A stretch of DNA of 64,000 nt from the NCBI GenBank assembly GCA_022827185.1, contig JAJDTM010000030.1, forward strand, positions 179,769-243,768. The letters run 5' to 3'. Shown piece by piece: positions 1-8,714 of this stretch (position 1 is its first letter; every line of letters begins with the position of its first letter). Source of the DNA: Candidatus Poribacteria bacterium (GTDB lineage Bacteria; Poribacteria; WGA-4E; WGA-3G). A program made the position numbers and the translations under genes. The notes under the pieces are model-generated. The model was given only the letters and a program-made list of their open reading frames with translations, was not told where the DNA came from and did no database searches.

Positions 1-48
1 TGAGCAAGGTTGACGGCATTAGAAACTTGCCAGCAGCACTGGTCCCTT

Positions 49-1125
49 CTATAGCGTAATACCTAACCCCGCTCGGTCAGGCACTTCAATAACCCCATTG
101 ACAATTTTTTCTGGTGGTTCAGTAAGAGATGCCCGCCACTCTACTTCTCCCCATGCGTATTCAAGGATTGCGAAATTAGGCACGCTCGCCATGCATTGTA
201 CACTGGCAGCGGTTGCGACGGGACCGCTCGGATTGTGCGGTGTTACCATAACGTTTCGTGAAGCGGCGAGTGTCGCAATTTTTTTGAGTCCTGATATTCC
301 GCCGACATGTTTGACATCTGGTAGGATGTAATCGACGTGTGTTTCGGTTAGTAACCTATCAAAATCTGTGAGGGTCCGTAGGCGTTCGCCGGTAGCAATG
401 GGGATACCGATGGAACGGCTCATGTGTGCGAAGGCATCCAAATTGTCCAAGGATACCGCGTCCTCAATCCAGAAGAGGTGTAAATCCTCCAGTTCTTTTG
501 CGACTTGGATGATAATGCCGGGATTAAAACGGCTATGGCAATCCACCATCAGATCAATATCTCCGCCGATTGCAGCGCGAATTGTGCGGATGCGATCAAT
601 GCCTAAACAAATAGCGGGCGTTAAACTTCCACGCGAAATATTAGCGACTGAAACATCGTCAAAGGGTGCGCATTTTATGGCGGTAAAACCTTCGGCAACG
701 GCGCGTTCAGCATTGTCAGCGAACCCTGAAGGGCTGCGATCCACAGTTGCCCGATTTATATTTGCATAGAGACGAATATTTTTTCGACACTTACCACCTA
801 ATAATTGATAGCTCGGTGTGCCTAACGTCTTACCTATGAGATCCGACATTGCTTGTTCAATACCGCTGAGTGCGGTGTGATAGGTATGGCTTTCGGTATC
901 GCGATAGAACCGTTGCCGAAATGCTTCTAATTGAAACGGATTCCATCCGCTAAGTGCGGGTTTAAGGGAATTGATGACGTGTTGAACGCGATCATCTCTA
1001 CCGTGGGAAGCCTCGCCGATCCCGATTGTACCGTTGTCAGCATGTACTTTGACAAAGAGCCAATTGCCGCGGTGGTTTACTTGAACAAGTTCTGTCTCTA
1101 TATCTGTGATTTTCAGCGTGTACAT
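49..1125 (-). CDS. enolase-superfamily dehydratase (mandelate racemase / muconate lactonizing enzyme family, sugar-acid dehydratase-like)
   Basis: Complete 358-aa ORF with the typical MR/MLE family layout: N-terminal capping domain plus a barrel carrying metal-ligand Asp/Glu positions (DCHSRF, FWIEDA-like segments). Confidence 0.7.
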   Translation of the reverse strand: MYTLKITDIETELVQVNHRGNWLFVKVHADNGTIGIGEASHGRDDRVQHVINSLKPALSGWNPFQLEAFRQRFYRDTESHTYHTALSGIEQAMSDLIGKTLGTPSYQLLGGKCRKNIRLYANINRATVDRSPSGFADNAERAVAEGFTAIKCAPFDDVSVANISRGSLTPAICLGIDRIRTIRAAIGGDIDLMVDCHSRFNPGIIIQVAKELEDLHLFWIEDAVSLDNLDAFAHMSRSIGIPIATGERLRTLTDFDRLLTETHVDYILPDVKHVGGISGLKKIATLAASRNVMVTPHNPSGPVATAASVQCMASVPNFAILEYAWGEVEWRASLTEPPEKIVNGVIEVPDRAGLGITL

Positions 1126-1173
1126 TTGGACTTGGATTGGTGGCGAGGCATAAGTGCCTCGCCTGATAAAACC

Positions 1174-1821
1174 TTACGATGCTGCTGCCCACTTTACGCC
1201 TTGCGTAAGGAATTTCTGCATGCCTTCGCGCTCGAATGTCCCGGGCCCGTGTCCTAAAGTGGTGTAAAAGACGCGTCCTGAACCGTAGGGCTTTACCCAT
1301 GCCATAGGGTGTGCTTTGCCGAACCACTCAGCGGATGCCAAGACATGAATGTGTGGATCGTGTGCGGAGATATAGATTTCATCTTCTACATCGAAATCTT
1401 CAACGCCTTGGGTCGTTGGATGCGCGTCATCCTCAATATGGACGGTAAAGGTTGACCCCGGTGGATGCCAATTGGCAGCCCCCCCGATAAGGTCCATGGC
1501 GCGACCGCCGATCCACCACGCGGTGCCGTGAATCCCGACTAACCCTTTGCCTTCGCTGACAAATCGGAATAAACCGTCTTCTTCAGTTTGGGTTAAATCG
1601 GATACACGTGCGACAGATCCGTCCGCTTGGCGTTCCGTGCGCGTGAAGCCGGTGCCAAAAACACATGCATCATAGGCATTTAACTCAGATGATGCTAAGA
1701 TCCCTTTATCATCGGTTAGCGTTGCTGAGATGTCAGCATCTTCGGCAAGAAAATCGTGAATGACGCTGGCACTTGCATTAAAACGGTGGTTTTCACCTGA
1801 CAGTACAAGGATTTTCGACAT
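1174..1821 (-). CDS. ThuA-like (trehalose-utilisation family) glutamine-amidotransferase-like protein
   Basis: 223-aa ORF. Likely start is MSKILVLSG at about 1821. Matches the ThuA pattern (kvLv..gen.. / GLVGIHG / HP motif). Confidence 0.6.
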   Translation of the reverse strand: MSKILVLSGENHRFNASASVIHDFLAEDADISATLTDDKGILASSELNAYDACVFGTGFTRTERQADGSVARVSDLTQTEEDGLFRFVSEGKGLVGIHGTAWWIGGRAMDLIGGAANWHPPGSTFTVHIEDDAHPTTQGVEDFDVEDEIYISAHDPHIHVLASAEWFGKAHPMAWVKPYGSGRVFYTTLGHGPGTFEREGMQKFLTQGVKWAAAS

Positions 1822-1952
1822 GAGAATCTCCTTTAGGAACGGCACTAAAGCCGCCGCTCACGGTAAGAAATTGAACGTCCGAACTGCACTTTGTGGCAAC
1901 AGTTTAATGCAAAATCTAAATTGTGTCAAACCAATTCTGAAAAAAGATAATT

Positions 1953-1981
1953 TTGACAATAATGTTGCAACGTGATACAAT
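1953..1981 (+). promoter_or_regulatory. sigma70-like promoter TTGACA-17-TGnTACAAT (extended -10) upstream of the 2021 membrane-protein gene
   Basis: Read directly: ttgaca aataatgttgcaacgtg atacaat, located 40 bp upstream of the ATG. Confidence 0.45.
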
Positions 1982-2020
1982 AGAGTTAATATATTTAAGA
2001 GAGAAAGTCGGTCAGAAGGT

Positions 2021-2563
2021 ATGAAAAAAAATAGTATCACATTAACCCTTGAGCAAATTGCTGCAGGCGGTATCATCGGATTGGTAGGCGGTTGGGTCTG
2101 TCTGTTTATCTTTGAGAATTTTATTTGGCAGGTGCTGCTCGGGGATCGGGTCACTCACGGTTTCTGGGTAGGTTTATTTCTGCTCATTTCGTTGGGTGTC
2201 ACGTATGGTGTCGTGATTATGGGAGCAGGCATAGCGATACGCTTTGTGAGTCAGAAGTTCGGTATTGATATTCCGTTAAAATCGCTCTGTTCGGGTGCAT
2301 TTTTGGGGCCGCCGGCTGTCGTTGGCTTGCTTGCCCTGCTTAACGTGCCGTGGGAGATATTTGGTAAACCGAACCTGATTCTGGCGTTGCTAATCCCTGT
2401 GCTTAAGACGCTCGCGTATATTATTTCGTTACCGATGCGCGGCTGGGTGTCTCTCAGTTTGCCGGTTGAAATTTGGTATATCCTTTCTGTCCCGATCGGG
2501 GCGATATTGGGGTATAGGTTAAAGCTGTCCGTATCGGCGAACGATGTTGCCCTTATGGTTTAG
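2021..2563 (+). CDS. hypothetical multi-pass membrane protein
   Basis: 180-aa ORF with several hydrophobic helices. A strong promoter and an RBS-like gaaggt lie upstream. No family recognised. Confidence 0.5.
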   Translation: MKKNSITLTLEQIAAGGIIGLVGGWVCLFIFENFIWQVLLGDRVTHGFWVGLFLLISLGVTYGVVIMGAGIAIRFVSQKFGIDIPLKSLCSGAFLGPPAVVGLLALLNVPWEIFGKPNLILALLIPVLKTLAYIISLPMRGWVSLSLPVEIWYILSVPIGAILGYRLKLSVSANDVALMV

Positions 2564-2676
2564 CAGGTGTGGAAAAGACTGAAGCGAGCGCAGCGTAGGC
2601 GTAAATTTGCGAAAGGCTTCCTTCAATGAAGAATTGCGAAAATTTAAGAGCGCGTGCTGGGGGTTTAACCATCAAA

Positions 2677-4083
2677 ATGCAGTATGATGATAAACCGAAG
2701 GACGAATGTGGTGTGTTCGGTGTCTTCGGTCATCCAAGAGCAGTAGAATTAACCTATTTAGGGTTGCGTGCCCTTCAACATCGAGGGCAAGAGAGCAGCG
2801 GCATTGTCGCATCAGATGGCGAGAGATTTACGTATCACCACGGCATGGGTCTGGTTCACTCTGTGTTTAGTGCTGAGGTTTTAGCGAAATTGAATGGGCA
2901 TATTGCTATTGGGCATAACCGGTACTCAACGGCGGGTGCGAGCACGCTTGAGAATGCTCAGCCTCTGGTTCGGAATTATAAACAGGGTCCCCTCGCGCTC
3001 GGTCACAACGGCAACCTTGTCAATGCTGTGCAAATTCGGAATCATTTGGAAAATGCCGGTTCAATTTTCAGTACAAGTTTAGACACAGAAGTCATTTTCC
3101 ACTTGATAGCACATTCGCGGAAGCAGGCTTTAGAGCATAGGATCGTTGATGCGCTGCGGAGTGTTGCGGGTGCGTACTCATTTGTATGCATGGATAAAAC
3201 CACGCTGATGGGTGCCCGCGATGCACATGGGTTTCGCCCCTTGTGGATCGGTAAGTTAGGGGACGCGTATGTATTCGCCTCTGAGACGTGTGCATTCGAT
3301 GTCGTTGAAGCAGAGCCGATCCGTGAAGTGGAACCCGGGGAATTGGTATTTACGCGTTCTGCGCAGCGTGGTTTGGAGTCGTTGCGTTTTCATAAGAGAC
3401 AGTCAGAGTTATCACAGTGTATCTTTGAGTATATCTATCTGGCGCGGCCGGATAGCATGATGTTCGGACACAGTGTGAATAACACACGCCGAGAGTTCGG
3501 TAGACAACTGGCTCGCGAACACCCCGTTAAAGCGGATGTTGTTATCCCGGTGCCTGATTCCGCGACGATTGCTGCACTCGGATACGCTGAGGAATCTGGT
3601 ATCCCATTTGATTTAGGGCTGTCTCGGAACACTTTCGTCGGTCGCTCTTTCATGAACCCCACACAGGATATCCGAGAACTCATGGTGAAGGTGAAGTTGA
3701 ACCCGGTGCGCGATGTGTTACGCGGCAAACGGGTTGTGCTCGTAGATGATTCGATTATGCGTGGGACAAATAGCAGGAAACTTATCAAAATCGTTCGGCA
3801 GGGCGGCGCGACAGCTGTACATCTTCGGATTGCATCGCCTCCGAATAAGTTTCCTTGTTTCTATGGTGTAGACACACCGACACGTGGTGAATTGATTGCC
3901 AGTTCACATACAATTGATGAAATACGTAAGTATATCCGTGCTGACAGCCTCGGTTATCTAAGCATTGACGGGTTACTGAAATCAGTGGAGGCACCTCAAG
4001 ATTTTTGCACCACCTGTTTTGACGGTGAATATCCGATTCCGCTTGTGGAAGAATCTTCGGAACAGCTGCCTTTGATTGTGTAG
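2677..4083 (+). CDS. purF: amidophosphoribosyltransferase
   Basis: N-terminal DECGVFGVFGH (Ntn Cys after a short propeptide), a glutamine amidotransferase type 2 domain, and a PRTase motif VVLVDDSIMRGTNS. A C-terminal Cys-rich tail suggests an Fe-S type. The ORF frame opens at 2626. Confidence 0.9.
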   Translation: MQYDDKPKDECGVFGVFGHPRAVELTYLGLRALQHRGQESSGIVASDGERFTYHHGMGLVHSVFSAEVLAKLNGHIAIGHNRYSTAGASTLENAQPLVRNYKQGPLALGHNGNLVNAVQIRNHLENAGSIFSTSLDTEVIFHLIAHSRKQALEHRIVDALRSVAGAYSFVCMDKTTLMGARDAHGFRPLWIGKLGDAYVFASETCAFDVVEAEPIREVEPGELVFTRSAQRGLESLRFHKRQSELSQCIFEYIYLARPDSMMFGHSVNNTRREFGRQLAREHPVKADVVIPVPDSATIAALGYAEESGIPFDLGLSRNTFVGRSFMNPTQDIRELMVKVKLNPVRDVLRGKRVVLVDDSIMRGTNSRKLIKIVRQGGATAVHLRIASPPNKFPCFYGVDTPTRGELIASSHTIDEIRKYIRADSLGYLSIDGLLKSVEAPQDFCTTCFDGEYPIPLVEESSEQLPLIV

Positions 4084-4136
4084 ATTAACTGAATGTTTTA
4101 TAGTAAAGCCCACAATTATTTTTACACATGGTAGGG

Positions 4137-4168
4137 GTCGTAGGGGCTGGGTAACCCAGCCCCTACGA
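4137..4168. repeat. GC-rich 14-bp-stem hairpin (gtcgtaggggctgg gtaa ccagcccctacgac) between purF and the next gene
   Basis: Perfect inverted repeat read from the sequence. No U-tract on either strand, so it is not a classic terminator. Confidence 0.5.
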
Positions 4169-4185
4169 CTACAAGGAAAATTCCT

Positions 4186-4503
4186 ATGCTGATTTTTAGG
4201 CAGAATAAAAAAGGTGGTACCCAGAAACCGAATCCGATAGGCACCCCACAAGGGCGTAATACGCTTATCTCCCTGCTTATTTGTGCCATCATTGGCATGG
4301 TTTTGAGTCGGGTGCTTCCGGTCGTTATTGAGAAGTTACAGCCGAATATGAAACCGGAAGATGCGGAAGAGATCGGTGTGCTCCTTGCGTTGGGTATTAG
4401 TGGTGTTGTGTTGGTTGTCAGTCTCTTAAGACCGAGGAAGAGTGTTTCCCCTCTTCGTAAGCAGTTATTGAAGGAACAAGAAAAATCAGATGGAAACCGA
4501 TAA
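4186..4503 (+). CDS. small hypothetical membrane protein
   Basis: 105-aa ORF with two predicted transmembrane segments and an RBS aagga. Overlaps the purM start by 14 nt. Confidence 0.35.
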   Translation: MLIFRQNKKGGTQKPNPIGTPQGRNTLISLLICAIIGMVLSRVLPVVIEKLQPNMKPEDAEEIGVLLALGISGVVLVVSLLRPRKSVSPLRKQLLKEQEKSDGNR

Positions 4504-5533
4504 AAAGCAGTTGACGTACGCCGATGCGGGGGTCTCATTTGAAGCGGAGTCCGAAGCAATAACACGGCTTAAAAGACTTGTCCAAACCACCCACCGTCCT
4601 GAGGTACTCAGCGATATTGGAAGTTTCGGTGGACTTTTTGCTCTCAAAACGTATCAAGAACCGGTTCTGGTTTCGAGTACGGATAGTGTTGGTACAAAAC
4701 TAAAGGTCGCGTTTAAAGCGGGACGACACGACACCGTTGGCTACGATATTGTTGCCCATTGCGGTAACGATATTGTTGTGCAGGGTGCGGAACCGCTTTT
4801 CTTTTTAGATTACATCGGTATCAGCAAAGTAGAGCCAGCGGTGATTGAAGGTATCGTGTCAGGTCTCGCAGCAGGGTGCCGAGAGATCGGTTGTGCCTTA
4901 ATCGGCGGTGAAATTGCGGAGTTGTCAGATATTTATACGCTGGGTGAGTACGACTTGGTCGGGACTGTTGTCGGCGCGGTTGAGAAAACCAATGTGATTA
5001 CTGGAGAGCGCATAGCATCTGGAGATCAACTCATTGGATTAGGTGCGACAGGTTTGCATACCAACGGTTTTTCACTCGTCCGCCGCATTGTATTTGACAG
5101 ATGCGGCTATGATGTTGATACTTACTTGCCTGAACTCTCTGCGACAGTCGGGGATGCCCTGCTCGCAACTCACAAAAGTTACGTGAAATCCATTCTGGAA
5201 CTTCGCGAGGTATGTCAGATTAAAGGGATTGCCCATATCACCGGTGGCGGGTTGCCTGCGAATGTGCTGCGAATCTTACCAGATGGATGTGTCGCCGATA
5301 TTCGGAAAGGGACATGGGAGATTCCACCGATTTTCCCATTTTTACAAGAGAAGGGACATGTTGAAGAAGCGGAGATGTACAGGGTTTTTAATATGGGAAT
5401 CGGGATGGTAGTGATCCTCGCGCCTGATGCCGTTGATGCTGCCTTAGCGTCGCTCAACGCATCTGGAGAATCGACTTACTTGATCGGCGAAGTGGTCGCG
5501 GGCGAGAAAGGGGTGCAAGGTGTCGGTTTCTAA
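4490..5533 (+). CDS. purM: phosphoribosylformylglycinamidine cyclo-ligase (AIR synthetase)
   Basis: YADAGVSFEA N-terminus, plus AIRS N- and C-terminal domain motifs (GGLFAL, DSVGTKL, HITGGG). Confidence 0.9.
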   Translation: METDKKQLTYADAGVSFEAESEAITRLKRLVQTTHRPEVLSDIGSFGGLFALKTYQEPVLVSSTDSVGTKLKVAFKAGRHDTVGYDIVAHCGNDIVVQGAEPLFFLDYIGISKVEPAVIEGIVSGLAAGCREIGCALIGGEIAELSDIYTLGEYDLVGTVVGAVEKTNVITGERIASGDQLIGLGATGLHTNGFSLVRRIVFDRCGYDVDTYLPELSATVGDALLATHKSYVKSILELREVCQIKGIAHITGGGLPANVLRILPDGCVADIRKGTWEIPPIFPFLQEKGHVEEAEMYRVFNMGIGMVVILAPDAVDAALASLNASGESTYLIGEVVAGEKGVQGVGF

Positions 5534-6281
5534 TGCAGACGTACAGACTACGCCTCCATTTTTAGATGAGGCTGCGCTACAAGCGTTGACGGTTTTACTT
5601 GATGAGACACACCCACAAGTTGTTTTAGCAGCGTTCCAAGGTATAGATGATAGCGACGCTGCTCTATTTTTTGTCATGTGTGGGCAGTTGAAAGATGAAT
5701 CCGCTGGAAGCACGCTCGCCTCGCACACGGGAAAAATTTTTGCGATGCTGCCTTTTAACAAACAGATAAGCATTGCTGAGAAGGTGACGACAACAGAGAT
5801 CGTTGATGCCGAACGCGCAACACAAGTCTGGGACGAACTGGTCGCTAAGATTAAGGCGACGCTCCAAAAGACGACTTTCTTAGGTGCGGGTACAGCGAAC
5901 CTTGCCCGATTGTTATCCCACATGGATATAGCGGATCAGAACCAACTGTTGGAAGCGTTGGGTGAGAGACGACCAGAGGTGGCGGATAGCGTTTCTGAGA
6001 AGTTGTTTACCTTTGAAGACCTGCGTAATTTGGGAGATGAAGCGATCAAGACTATTCTGCAAGTATTAGACAAACCGACCTTAGCCCTTGCCTTGCACAA
6101 TGCGCCTTCTGCGGTTCATGATCGATTCTTTGAAAATATGTCGGCATCGCAGGCGGAGGCTATCGAATCGGAAATTGCGCAATTGACATTTGAACAGACG
6201 CAAATCGCCGATACGGCTCGGCAATCCGTTGTCAGTTTGGTGCGCAACTTCGCAGCTAAAGGTTTGCTGCAAATTGGGTGA
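5520..6281 (+). CDS. FliG C-terminal-domain-like protein (FliG / MgtE-N fold), standalone
   Basis: The C-terminal 100 aa (FTFEDLRNLGDEAIKTILQVLDKPTLALALHNAPSAVHDRFFENMSASQAEAIESEI) aligns well with the FliG C-terminal torque-helix domain consensus (EDL..L.D..IQ.LLREVD...LALALKGASEE.R.KI..NMS.RAAEML.ED). GTG start overlaps the purM stop. Confidence 0.55.
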   Translation: MSVSNADVQTTPPFLDEAALQALTVLLDETHPQVVLAAFQGIDDSDAALFFVMCGQLKDESAGSTLASHTGKIFAMLPFNKQISIAEKVTTTEIVDAERATQVWDELVAKIKATLQKTTFLGAGTANLARLLSHMDIADQNQLLEALGERRPEVADSVSEKLFTFEDLRNLGDEAIKTILQVLDKPTLALALHNAPSAVHDRFFENMSASQAEAIESEIAQLTFEQTQIADTARQSVVSLVRNFAAKGLLQIG

Positions 6282-6337
6282 ACTCTGGTATAGGGAACCG
6301 ATGCGGCAACATCTGTTGATGCTTGCAAGCAGTGTAC

Positions 6338-7285
6338 TTATTCATCTGCAAGTTTAAAGTCAATAGGTATTTCGATCAGAAGACTTATCGGCTTTCCTCC
6401 CTTCGTAGCAGGTCGAAAAGTGCTCTTCTTCAACAACTCGATCGCTGCCTCCTCAAGCCCAAACCCGAGGTTTGTCAATGGGACAATGTCTTTAGGAATC
6501 CCCTTTTCATCAATGGTTAGTTGCAAAATAACCTCGCCTTCCTTTCCGGCCTTTTTCGCTCTCTCTGGATACTTTTTTTCTGCGAGGATAATTTTCGGTG
6601 GGACGACTCCAGGTTCGGGAGTAAAGTTAATGTTATCCAATCCAAGGGCTGCATTGGCATCAGGGGTGTCGAGTTTATCTATCAGTGTTGGCGCGTCGCG
6701 TTCGAGTTCAAAACCTTGTGCTTTTGTTTCAGGTTCGATCGTTGTTGTAGGTTGTACAAAACTCGGGACAACATCTATGAGCGGGGGACCTTCATTGGTG
6801 TCTGGCGTTTCAAGGTCAAGTGCTGTTTCTGGCCCTTCAGGGATTGTGAACCCATCCTTTGAAGGCAATTGGGCGGTATCTGTCCTTACAGGTTGCTTGA
6901 AAACGGGTTTTTGCTGTTGCGTTTTCGAGTCAAACCGCGTTGTTTTCCTACGTATGAGTTGGCGTTTCGTTTTTGATTCTTCTACGACCATACTCACATC
7001 AAATCCTGCATCTTCCTGTTCAATCCGGTCAACGATAACGTAAGTCGTAATGAATATAGCGATGAGGACATGAAACAACATTGCGACTGTAAACGCGGTG
7101 GAACTTTGTTTAATGTGTTTTTGCGTGATGGGGTGTTTCGGCAGATTTGCTTGTGCCTCGGAAATGTGGCTCTGCTGACTGGGATCCAGCGAAACCTTCT
7201 TCAATGCGACAAAACGCTTCGGTTTTTTACGTTCTGCGCGACGTTCTTGCATTTGACTGAGCAAGCCGGAAGTTCTGCTATTCAT
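6338..7285 (-). CDS. tonB: TonB family energy transducer (paralog A)
   Basis: Cytoplasmic N-terminus, a single transmembrane helix (TAFTVAMLFHVLIAIFITTYVIV), a Pro/Thr-rich linker, and a C-terminal TonB domain (EGEVILQLTIDEKGIPKDIVPL...GKPI). Confidence 0.75.
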   Translation of the reverse strand: MNSRTSGLLSQMQERRAERKKPKRFVALKKVSLDPSQQSHISEAQANLPKHPITQKHIKQSSTAFTVAMLFHVLIAIFITTYVIVDRIEQEDAGFDVSMVVEESKTKRQLIRRKTTRFDSKTQQQKPVFKQPVRTDTAQLPSKDGFTIPEGPETALDLETPDTNEGPPLIDVVPSFVQPTTTIEPETKAQGFELERDAPTLIDKLDTPDANAALGLDNINFTPEPGVVPPKIILAEKKYPERAKKAGKEGEVILQLTIDEKGIPKDIVPLTNLGFGLEEAAIELLKKSTFRPATKGGKPISLLIEIPIDFKLADE

Positions 7286-7328
7286 TCGCTTTTTCTCCTA
7301 TAAGCACACAGGATAACAAGCGGTGTGT

Positions 7329-8282
7329 TTAGTCCTCTTCAATCTTAAACTCGTAGGGTATTTGAACCTTCTCAAGAGCGATAGGCTTACCCGCCTTCGT
7401 CGCTGGACGGAAAGTCGCTTTTTTCAGTGCCTCAATTGCTGCTGCCTCAAACCCAAATCCGAGGTTAGTTAACGCCACAATATCTTTTGGAACACCATTT
7501 TCGTCAATGGTTGCTTGCAAAAGAACAGTGCCTTCCTTCCCGGCTTTCTTAGCACTTTCTGGATACTTCGGCTTCACTTTAACTTTATACGTGGGCAGGA
7601 CAGTCCCTGATTCGGGGGTAATGTCAATGTCCCCCACCTTAAGTGCTGCATCGGGTGCAGACGTCTCGAGTTTATTCATCAGCGTTGGTGCGTCGCGCTC
7701 GAGTTCAAAGCCTGGTGCCTTTGTTTCAGGTTCGATTGTTGTCGTCGGTTGTACAAAATTCCGGTCAACATTTATGAGCGCAGGACCTTGACTGGTGTCT
7801 GGCGTTTCAAGGTCAAATGCTGTTCCTGGACCTTCAGGGATTGTGAACCCATCCTTTGAAGGTAATTGGGCAGTATCGGTCCTTACAGGTTGCTTGAAAA
7901 CGGGTTTTTGCTGTTGCGTTTTCGAGTCAAACTGCGTTGTTTTCCTACGTATGAGTTGGCGTTTCGTTTTTGACTCTTCTCGGACCATACTCACATCAAA
8001 GACTTCCTCCTCCTGTTCAATCCGGTCGACGATAACGTAAGTCGTAATGAATATAGCGATGAGGACATGAAACAACATTGCGACTGTAAACGCGGTGGAA
8101 CTCTTTTTAATATGTTTTTGCGTGATGGGGTGTTTCGGCAAATTTGCTTGTGCCTCGGAAATGTGGCTCTGCTGACTGGGATCCAGCGAAACCTTCTTCA
8201 ATGCGACAAAACGCTTCGGCTTTTTACGTTCTGCTCGGCGTTCTTGCATTTGACTAAGCAAGCCGGAAGTTCTGCTATTCAT
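7329..8282 (-). CDS. tonB: TonB family energy transducer (paralog B, tandem duplicate)
   Basis: Same architecture as paralog A. Nucleotide sequence 8037-8282 is nearly identical to 7040-7285. The C-terminal TonB domain has diverged. Confidence 0.75.
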   Translation of the reverse strand: MNSRTSGLLSQMQERRAERKKPKRFVALKKVSLDPSQQSHISEAQANLPKHPITQKHIKKSSTAFTVAMLFHVLIAIFITTYVIVDRIEQEEEVFDVSMVREESKTKRQLIRRKTTQFDSKTQQQKPVFKQPVRTDTAQLPSKDGFTIPEGPGTAFDLETPDTSQGPALINVDRNFVQPTTTIEPETKAPGFELERDAPTLMNKLETSAPDAALKVGDIDITPESGTVLPTYKVKVKPKYPESAKKAGKEGTVLLQATIDENGVPKDIVALTNLGFGFEAAAIEALKKATFRPATKAGKPIALEKVQIPYEFKIEED

Positions 8283-8561
8283 TCGCTTTTCCTCCTAAAC
8301 AAACAGAAGAGGGATCGTTCCGGTCTTAAGACCCTATTATTATGTGAGACCTAACCAAAACTGGCGTTGGAAAAAAAATGATTAACTGCTTGCGATTCGC
8401 GCGTACTTATTCTTAACGTCACGTACCACCGAAATGTTTAATATGACTCACAAAATGTAGCAAAATTTCACAATTTTAGCGCAAATGTATTCTAATTATA
8501 ACATATTTTCATTATTGTGTCAATTTTTTATCAGATATTTATTTTTTGGTTTTCTGACTGC

Positions 8562-8599
8562 ATTCTCGCGGATAGATACGTGCTGCTATCCGCGAGAAT
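8562..8599. promoter_or_regulatory. 13-bp-arm perfect inverted repeat (attctcgcggata N12 tatccgcgagaat) in the 5' region of the tonB pair
   Basis: Read from the sequence. No flanking U-tract, so it looks more like an operator or binding site than a terminator. Confidence 0.4.
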
Positions 8600-8714
8600 C
8601 GGGGTTACAAACCTCTCCGACAAGAGTGATTCGTGACAATTGAATGGCTCTGAATTTTTTACTGTGAGAGGATCAGGGACATTCAGTTTAATTAAAACGA
8701 CTCTGTTTTTGGCG

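Noticed and set aside
98-769. ORFs antisense to the enolase-superfamily dehydratase gene (98..331+, 368..769+), and many similar 60-150 aa ORFs throughout the track (for example 6420..7043+, 9339..9660+, 13439..13960-, 22277..22711+, 59330..60088-)
   Set aside because: They lie entirely within, and antisense to or out of frame with, long ORFs that have clear family signatures. Their compositions are low-complexity and mirror-strand-like (Ser/Arg/Pro-rich). None has a plausible ribosome-binding site or promoter.
6338-8282. Tandem tonB copies as an assembly artefact
   Set aside because: The two copies differ substantially in their 3' thirds and have distinct junction sequences (7286-7328), which argues for a genuine duplication. 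This cannot be fully excluded without read data.
8283-8714. Possible small RNA or tRNA in the 430-bp AT-rich gap upstream of the tonB pair
   Set aside because: There is no tRNA-like GTTCRANYC T-arm or cloverleaf. Only the 13-bp palindrome and promoter-like AT-rich sequence are evident, so it is kept as a regulatory-region note only.
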